Source: Parasynechococcus marenigrum WH 8102 (GTDB taxonomy: Bacteria; Cyanobacteriota; Cyanobacteriia; PCC-6307; Cyanobiaceae). From it: a stretch of DNA of 32,000 bases. Where the stretch lies: contig NC_005070.1 in NCBI RefSeq assembly GCF_000195975.1, forward strand, positions 1,440,001 through 1,472,000, in the 5' to 3' direction. Position 1 is the stretch's first letter, and each line of letters opens with the position of its first letter. Both the position numbers and the translations under genes were made by a program. Of the stretch, positions 26,561 through 32,000 are shown piece by piece. The notes below the pieces were generated by a model. The model was not told the origin of the DNA. It saw only the letters and a list, made by a program, of their open reading frames with translations, and did not search any database.

Positions 26561-28223
26561 GGGCTGGAAGCCCTGCAACCGCCAGACGCAGAGCCGACAG
26601 GCGATCAGAGGTGAGATGCCCCTCCGGCAAGCGCTCTAGCAACTTCAGTTTGCGAAGGCGGTTCTCGGTGCTTCCAGAAACACCAACCATGAACACATCG
26701 CGGCCCACCTCCATCGCTTCTTTCACTGCATTCTCAAGGGCGATGGCAGCGGTCACTCCCAGGTGGGACACCTCGGAGAGGTCAAACACCACAGCCTGGC
26801 AATTGCCGATGGCGTTGTGCTCGCGGGAGATCGCCTTGGCGACCCCAAAAATCATCGGGCCAGCCAACTGGAACAGCAGCACCATGCCGGAGGCTCGATC
26901 CAGCAGCTGCTGCTCCTCATCACTGAGCTCCACATCGTCATCGGTGGTGCTGATGGTTTTCACCTTCTTGGACTGCAGCGTGCTCATGCGGTCGATCGTG
27001 AGCACGTTGGCGACAAACACGCCGATACCCACTGCAGCGATCAGATCCACCAGCACCGTGAGAGCGATCACGCCGTAGGTGATCACCGCAGCTTTCACCG
27101 AAAGATGGTGGGCCCGCTGGAGAAAATCCCAGTCCATGATGTCGATGCCCACCTTCACGGCGATGCCGGCGAGCACCGCCAGGGGAATGCGGGATGCCAG
27201 CGGGGCCGCCAGCAACACCACCAGCATCAGCACCATGGCCCTGACAATGCCTGACAAGGCGGTTCGTCCGCCGGACTGAATGTTGACCACCGTTCCCATG
27301 GTGGCTCCGGCACCAGGCATCGCCCCAAACAGCCCGGACACAACATTGGCCAGACCCTGGCCGATCAGCTCCTTATTGGAGTTGTGTTCCGTGCGGGTCA
27401 GGCTGTCGGCAACCACTGAGGTGAGCAGCGCATCAATGCAGCCGAGCATCCCGAGCACAGCAGCATCGATCACCATGAGCCGCAACTGACCGCTGGAGAA
27501 CGTCGGCAGCTGGAAGCTGGGCAATGCGGCAGAAAACTCAGGAATGGTGCGCAGGCCGGCGCCACTGAACAGGCTCAGAGCCAGCACGGTGCCCACCACA
27601 AGTGCCAGCAACTGCGGCGGGCAGACCTTTTTCACCGCAGAGGGGGTGAACCAAAGGATGGCCAGGGTGATCAAGGCCAGCAGCAGCTCCATGGGCTGGG
27701 TTCCCTGAACCAGGGCCGGCATCTCCAACAAGGTGCCCATCACCCCCCCCTTGGGAGTGGCCTGTCCCAGGAAGGGCCCCAGTTGCAGCAGCACCAGGAT
27801 GATGCCGATGCCGGACATGAAGCCCGAAATCACCGTGTAGGGCATCATCGTGACGTAACGCCCAAGCCGGAACAGCCCGAACAGGATCTGAAAGATCCCT
27901 GCCAGAACGCCGACGCTGAAGGCCATCGCCAAGGCCTGCTCAGGGCTGTCGGCTGTCGCAGTGAAACTGATGATCACTGACGTGAACACCACGGTCATCG
28001 GGCCTGTGGGCTCGGAAATCAGGGTGGGCGTGCCGCCGAACAGCGACGCCACCAGACCGATGATCACCGCCCCCCAGAGACCGGCAGCAGCGCCGGCACC
28101 CGAGGCAATGCCGAAGGCCAATGCCATGGGTAAGGCGATCACGGCAGCTGTCAGTCCGCCGAACACATCCCCCTTCAGGTTTGTGGCGTTGATGCGGTTC
28201 AGCACGATCCGGCCCAGCGTCAA
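26553..28223 (-). CDS. SulP-family anion transporter with C-terminal STAS domain (BicA-like, candidate bicarbonate transporter)
   Basis: TTG start. [37 protein letters not shown]...[17 protein letters not shown] closely resembles the BicA/SulP N-terminal core. The STAS region is at the C-terminus ([21 protein letters not shown]). Confidence 0.88.
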   Translation of the reverse strand: MTLGRIVLNRINATNLKGDVFGGLTAAVIALPMALAFGIASGAGAAAGLWGAVIIGLVASLFGGTPTLISEPTGPMTVVFTSVIISFTATADSPEQALAMAFSVGVLAGIFQILFGLFRLGRYVTMMPYTVISGFMSGIGIILVLLQLGPFLGQATPKGGVMGTLLEMPALVQGTQPMELLLALITLAILWFTPSAVKKVCPPQLLALVVGTVLALSLFSGAGLRTIPEFSAALPSFQLPTFSSGQLRLMVIDAAVLGMLGCIDALLTSVVADSLTRTEHNSNKELIGQGLANVVSGLFGAMPGAGATMGTVVNIQSGGRTALSGIVRAMVLMLVVLLAAPLASRIPLAVLAGIAVKVGIDIMDWDFLQRAHHLSVKAAVITYGVIALTVLVDLIAAVGIGVFVANVLTIDRMSTLQSKKVKTISTTDDDVELSDEEQQLLDRASGMVLLFQLAGPMIFGVAKAISREHNAIGNCQAVVFDLSEVSHLGVTAAIALENAVKEAMEVGRDVFMVGVSGSTENRLRKLKLLERLPEGHLTSDRLSALRLAVAGLPAHG

Positions 28224-28283
28224 GGCCTGTGACCTTAGGCGGCTTCTCAGCGAAGCAGAATCCCTCCAGAACGCGCGAATGAC

Positions 28284-29393
28284 ATGCCTGACTTCCTCAG
28301 AGCGACCATCGACGTGCTCCTCGGCATCGGCCTGCTCTTTGGAGGAGGGGAACTGTTCGTGCAGGGCTCTGTGGCTCTTGCGGTGATCTTCGGCATTCCG
28401 CAGCTGGTGATCGGTCTCACCGTGGTCTCCCTTGGCACCAGCGCACCCGAACTGTTTGTCAGTTTGAGTTCGGTGCTGGAGGGCGCCGACACCCTGGCCG
28501 TGAGCAATGCCGTCGGCAGCAACATCTTCAATGTGATGGTGGTTCTTGGGGCCAGCGCACTGGTGCTTCCCCTCAAGGTGGAAAGCCGACTGGTGCGCCG
28601 GGATGTTCCCCTGCTCATCGCCATCTCCGCCGCGGTCTGGGGGATGGCCTCAACCGGTCAGGTGACCTGGCAATCGGGTGTGGCGTTGCTTCTGGCGCTG
28701 GTGATCAACACCATCTGGGAAATCCGCACCGCTCGTGAGGAGCCCGACGGCAGTGAAGGGGCCGAGCCTGAAATCGAAGCCAATGCTGGGCGAGGTGGCT
28801 GGACCATGGCTGTGGTGCGATTGATCGCCGGGATTGTCATCCTCACGATCGGCTCCAGGGTGCTGGTCAGTGGCGCCACATCAGCGGCCACGCTTCTGGG
28901 CGTCAGCGAAGCGGTGATCGGCTTGACCATTGTCTCGGCCGGTACATCGATGCCGGAGCTGATCACCTCGCTTGTCGCAGCGCTACGAGGTCGGACAGAC
29001 CTGGCGATCGGCAACGTGGTGGGAAGCTGCCTGCTCAATCTGATGCTCGTGCTGGGTGGTGGGGCTTTGGCAGCTGCCGGTCGAGGCCTTGAAGTGAGCC
29101 CTGAACTCATCCAAGATGATTTGCCGATCATGTTGATGACCAGCCTCGCTTGTCTGCCGATTTTCTGGACCCGCGGTTGCATCACACGGCTGGAAGGTGG
29201 GCTGCTGCTTGGGCTGTACGTGCTGTACGTCATCGACAACGTGCTGCCGAGAACAACGCTGTCCAGCTGGTCGGATGAATTCCGCCTGGTGATGCTGTGT
29301 CTGGTTCTGCCCGTTGTGATGGTGGTGATCATCACCCAGGCAATTTTTTACTGGAAGCGAACGAAAGGTCGGCCGGATCACATCCCTGGGTGA
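28284..29393 (+). CDS. CaCA-family cation/Ca2+ (Na+/Ca2+) antiporter, YrbG-like
   Basis: There are two alpha-repeats: GLTVVSLGTSAPELFVS...AVGSNIFN and GLTIVSAGTSMPELITS...VVGSCLLN. Confidence 0.88.
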   Translation: MPDFLRATIDVLLGIGLLFGGGELFVQGSVALAVIFGIPQLVIGLTVVSLGTSAPELFVSLSSVLEGADTLAVSNAVGSNIFNVMVVLGASALVLPLKVESRLVRRDVPLLIAISAAVWGMASTGQVTWQSGVALLLALVINTIWEIRTAREEPDGSEGAEPEIEANAGRGGWTMAVVRLIAGIVILTIGSRVLVSGATSAATLLGVSEAVIGLTIVSAGTSMPELITSLVAALRGRTDLAIGNVVGSCLLNLMLVLGGGALAAAGRGLEVSPELIQDDLPIMLMTSLACLPIFWTRGCITRLEGGLLLGLYVLYVIDNVLPRTTLSSWSDEFRLVMLCLVLPVVMVVIITQAIFYWKRTKGRPDHIPG

Positions 29394-29554
29394 GGTATGA
29401 GACAGATGGAGTTGTGTTTCCTCATGAGGGGATGACCGTCTGAATCTCTCTGTTCATCCTTGGGTCATGTGTCGCTCGGCCTGCCGATGCTCGAGCTGCT
29501 TCCTCCTTTAAACGACAAGAACCTCCCTGGCTCGACGTCATCCATCCGATCGTC

Positions 29555-29986
29555 GTGCACTTCGTCATCGCGATGGCGCTGATCACCGTCGTATTCGATC
29601 TGATCGGGGTCGTTACCAGAAAGAAGAACCTGTTTGAGGTCAGCTTCTGGAATTTGATCGTCGCCACTGTGGCGATCTTCGTCGCCATCATCTTCGGCCA
29701 GATCGAAGCCGGTCTGGCCAATCCCTACGGCGCCTCACGAGACATCCTTAACTACCACAGCACCATTGGTTGGTCCCTGGCCGGCGTGCTGGCATTGCTC
29801 ACCGGCTGGCGTTATGTCGCCCGTCAGAAAGACCCCAACGTCCTGCCGAAGGGGTTCCTTGCCATCGACTTCATCCTGGCGGGTCTGGTGTTCGCCCAGG
29901 TGTACCTCGGCGACAAGCTCGTCTGGGTTTACGGCCTTCATACGGTTCCGGTGGTGGAAGCAATCCGTGAAGGGGTGCTGTCATGA
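29555..29986 (+). CDS. DUF2231-like 4-TM membrane protein (paralogue A); the N-terminus is probably truncated by a frameshift, with the likely original start at ATG 29487
   Basis: The track ORF starts at GTG 29555, inside the conserved IHPIVVHF motif. The same frame is open back to 29444 but has no start codon. The +1-offset frame encodes MLELLPPLNDKNLP from ATG 29487, and that matches the N-terminus of paralogue B. Confidence 0.7.
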   Translation: MHFVIAMALITVVFDLIGVVTRKKNLFEVSFWNLIVATVAIFVAIIFGQIEAGLANPYGASRDILNYHSTIGWSLAGVLALLTGWRYVARQKDPNVLPKGFLAIDFILAGLVFAQVYLGDKLVWVYGLHTVPVVEAIREGVLS

Positions 29987-30603
29987 CCCTGTTTGCCGCG
30001 ATTGCATCGCCGATCAACGACATCGCCGACTCGCTCGGCGCTAACGACCTTCCCTACGCGATTCCCCTGCACCCGAACCTGGTGCATCTCACCATCGGGC
30101 TGTTCGCGATCGGGATCGCCTTCGACTTCGCTGGCGCGTTTTACCCCTTGGAGAAAAGGGTCTTCCGCTTCCTGGCCCTACCCGTGACCCGCAGCGGCTT
30201 TCACGATGTGGGATGGTACAACCTCGTGGCCTGCAGTGGCATCTCCTTCTTCACGGTGGCCGCCGGCTTCTACGAAATGCTGTTGGCGGTACCGCTGCCG
30301 GGCATCCGCAGCATCCTCGGCCAGACCGCCATCGACACCATGCTCTGGCATGCCATCGGTGGGGTTGCCATTCTGCTGGTGATCGTCGCCATGACTGTCT
30401 GGCGCGGTTACCAACGTTTCGTCTGGCGCAAAGACCTGGGGCGTCAGGTGACCTGGCTGTACCTGTTCAGCGGGGCCTCGATGCTGATGCTGATGGGCCT
30501 GCACGGAAGCCTCGGCGCCTGGCTCGCCAGCGATTTCGGTGTTCACATCACCGCTGACCAACTGTTGGCCGCCGGTGCCGATCTCAATGAGGTGCTGCCA
30601 TGA
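29983..30603 (+). CDS. DUF2231-like 4-TM membrane protein (paralogue B)
   Basis: There is an ATGA overlap with paralogue A at 29983-29986. NDLPYAIPLHPNLVHLTIGLFAIGIAFDFAG and four hydrophobic helices are present, with His residues conserved relative to paralogue A. Confidence 0.8.
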   Translation: MTLFAAIASPINDIADSLGANDLPYAIPLHPNLVHLTIGLFAIGIAFDFAGAFYPLEKRVFRFLALPVTRSGFHDVGWYNLVACSGISFFTVAAGFYEMLLAVPLPGIRSILGQTAIDTMLWHAIGGVAILLVIVAMTVWRGYQRFVWRKDLGRQVTWLYLFSGASMLMLMGLHGSLGAWLASDFGVHITADQLLAAGADLNEVLP

Positions 30604-31535
30604 CCACCACTGCTCCCAAGAACAGCCCGAACATCGGCGCGATCGTGATCGTGACGGTTGCCGTTGCGATCAACCTGGTGATCGCCAAGTTGATGGCCAC
30701 ATGGTCATACAGCTGGTTTCCGCCTCAGGCCTCTTCAGCGGCGCCCTACGTCGACGACCTGTTCGCCTTGGAAACCGGCATCGGCTCCTTCATTTTCTTC
30801 GGCTGCACCGGAGTAATGGGTTGGGTGCTGCTGTTCAACCGCGCCGGTAAATACGACGAAAACGACGGTGCGCCGATAGAAGGCAACACCAAGTTGGAAA
30901 TCATCTGGACGATCATCCCCCTGGTGACGGTCTTCGTGATCGCGGCCTACACGATGAACGTCAACATGAAGCTTCAGAACCTCGGTCCGAAGCACAAATA
31001 CGCCATCGGCACAGACCCAACGGCATTGATGGAGGCCGATCCCATCGCAGAGGTGGGCCCAATCGATGTGATTGCGCGCCAATGGAGCTGGGAATTTGTC
31101 TATCCCAATGGTGTTCGCAGCTCAGAGCTGCATCTGCCTGTTGATCAACGGGTCAATTTCCGCTTGATCTCTGAAGACGTGCTGCACAGTTTTTTCGTTC
31201 CGGCCTTCCGCCTGAAGCAGGACATCATCCCCGGCAGCATCATTTCCTACAGCCTGACGCCCACCAAAGAAGGGCGATTCCGGTTGCGGGACGCCATGTT
31301 CAGCGGTGCCTATTTCTCCCAGAACCAGACCGACGTCATCGTCGAATCCGATCAGGCCTACGGCAATTGGCTGACAACAACCGCCAAGCAACCGCTGCAA
31401 CCTGGCCTTGACCCTGGCCGTGCTCTTTACGACCGCCGCATCGCCCGCGGCGACAAGGGATGGGCCACGGTGCCGCCTGCACCGCCCCCAATGGTGAACG
31501 ACCCCGGCGATCCCTCCATCCCCCATGACGCCTGA
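30600..31535 (+). CDS. ctaC: haem-copper oxidase subunit II, CuA-less (ARTO / CtaCII-type)
   Basis: ATGA overlap at 30600-30603. There are two N-terminal TM helices and a cupredoxin domain (ARQWSWEFVYPNG...EDVLHSFFVPAFRLKQDIIPG). The CxExCGxxHxxM stretch reads DAMFSGAYFSQN. Confidence 0.9.
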   Translation: MTTTAPKNSPNIGAIVIVTVAVAINLVIAKLMATWSYSWFPPQASSAAPYVDDLFALETGIGSFIFFGCTGVMGWVLLFNRAGKYDENDGAPIEGNTKLEIIWTIIPLVTVFVIAAYTMNVNMKLQNLGPKHKYAIGTDPTALMEADPIAEVGPIDVIARQWSWEFVYPNGVRSSELHLPVDQRVNFRLISEDVLHSFFVPAFRLKQDIIPGSIISYSLTPTKEGRFRLRDAMFSGAYFSQNQTDVIVESDQAYGNWLTTTAKQPLQPGLDPGRALYDRRIARGDKGWATVPPAPPPMVNDPGDPSIPHDA

Positions 31536-31538
31536 GCC

Positions 31539-32000
31539 ATGACCGCCACCAATTACGACCCCCGCATCCTCAAGGCGCCCCATCCCGTACCCGGTGCTCC
31601 GGACAACTGGAAGCGCTTCTTCAGCTTCAACACCGATGCCAAGGTGATCGGCATCCAGTACATCGCCACCTCCCTGTTTTTCCTGCTGGTGGGAGGTCTG
31701 CTGGCCATGATCGTGCGCGGTGAACTGATCACACCGCCGGCCGATCTCGTTGATCCAACCGTTTACAACGGCCTCTACACCATGCACGGAACAGTGATGC
31801 TGTTCCTATTCCTGTTCCCAATCCTCAACGGCTTCAACAACCTGTTGATCCCCACGATGATCGGTGCGCCGGACATGGCCTTTCCGAAGCTCAACGCCGC
31901 CGCCTTCTGGCTGGTGCCGGTGTTCGCCGTCGTGCTGATGGGCAGTTTCTTCGCTCCCGGCGGTCCAGCCTCCTCGGGCTGGTGGTCCTATCCGCCGATG
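31539..32000 (+). CDS. ctaD: haem-copper oxidase subunit I, N-terminal part; continues beyond the window
   Basis: The ATG lies 3 nt after the ctaC stop. The frame is open to the window end and not in the track. DAKVIGIQYIATSLFFLLVGGLLAMIVRGEL...YNGLYTMHGTVMLFLF..PILNGFNNLLIPTMIGAPDMAFPKLNAAAFW is the canonical CtaD N-terminus. Confidence 0.9.
   Translation, partial: MTATNYDPRILKAPHPVPGAPDNWKRFFSFNTDAKVIGIQYIATSLFFLLVGGLLAMIVRGELITPPADLVDPTVYNGLYTMHGTVMLFLFLFPILNGFNNLLIPTMIGAPDMAFPKLNAAAFWLVPVFAVVLMGSFFAPGGPASSGWWSYPPM

Noticed and set aside
29420-29429. A perfect 10-bp palindrome, CCTCATGAGG, upstream of the DUF2231/oxidase cluster as an operator
   Set aside because: A given position is a 10-bp perfect palindrome with probability about 1/1024, so one occurrence in a spacer of about 90 bp is not significant by itself. 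There is no second copy or flanking half-site.
1-32000. CRISPR arrays, transposons/IS elements, prophage or known defence systems
   Set aside because: I noticed no regularly spaced direct repeats, terminal inverted repeats, transposase, integrase or phage-like ORFs, and no nuclease, ATPase or methyltransferase clusters. Essentially all sequence is accounted for by conserved cyanobacterial genes and short spacers.

Overview
This is a GC-rich, almost gap-free chromosomal segment. Its gene content (petE, petJ plus a second c6-like cytochrome, ndhL, cyAbrB, Ycf51-like, Nif11/cupin, glgB-hemE, clpB, a group-2-type sigma factor, a BicA-like SulP transporter) points to a marine Synechococcus/Cyanobium-type picocyanobacterium. 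I support about 45 protein-coding genes, one tRNA-Leu(UAA) and a few hairpin terminators. I see no rRNA, CRISPR array, transposase, integrase, phage gene or recognisable defence gene, so this reads as conserved core genome rather than an accessory island.

The observations most worth follow-up are:
- A four-gene, translationally coupled cluster at the right edge. Two paralogous four-histidine DUF2231 membrane proteins precede a haem-copper oxidase whose subunit II has lost 5 of the 6 CuA ligands at exactly conserved spacing (ARTO-type).
- Cytochrome c6 (petJ), followed after 4 nt by a Nif11-domain miniprotein and two further start/stop-overlapping unknown ORFs.
- A sigma factor followed by a compact four-gene envelope/stress-like module.
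- Two apparent single-base frameshifts, both at short homopolymer runs. They split otherwise coherent genes and may be assembly errors or real pseudogenisation.

The ORF track uses the longest ATG/GTG/TTG ORFs and omits ORFs truncated by the window edges. I therefore trimmed many starts and added two edge-truncated genes (TamB-like at the left, ctaD at the right). Product names rest on motif and family recognition by eye, not on searches.
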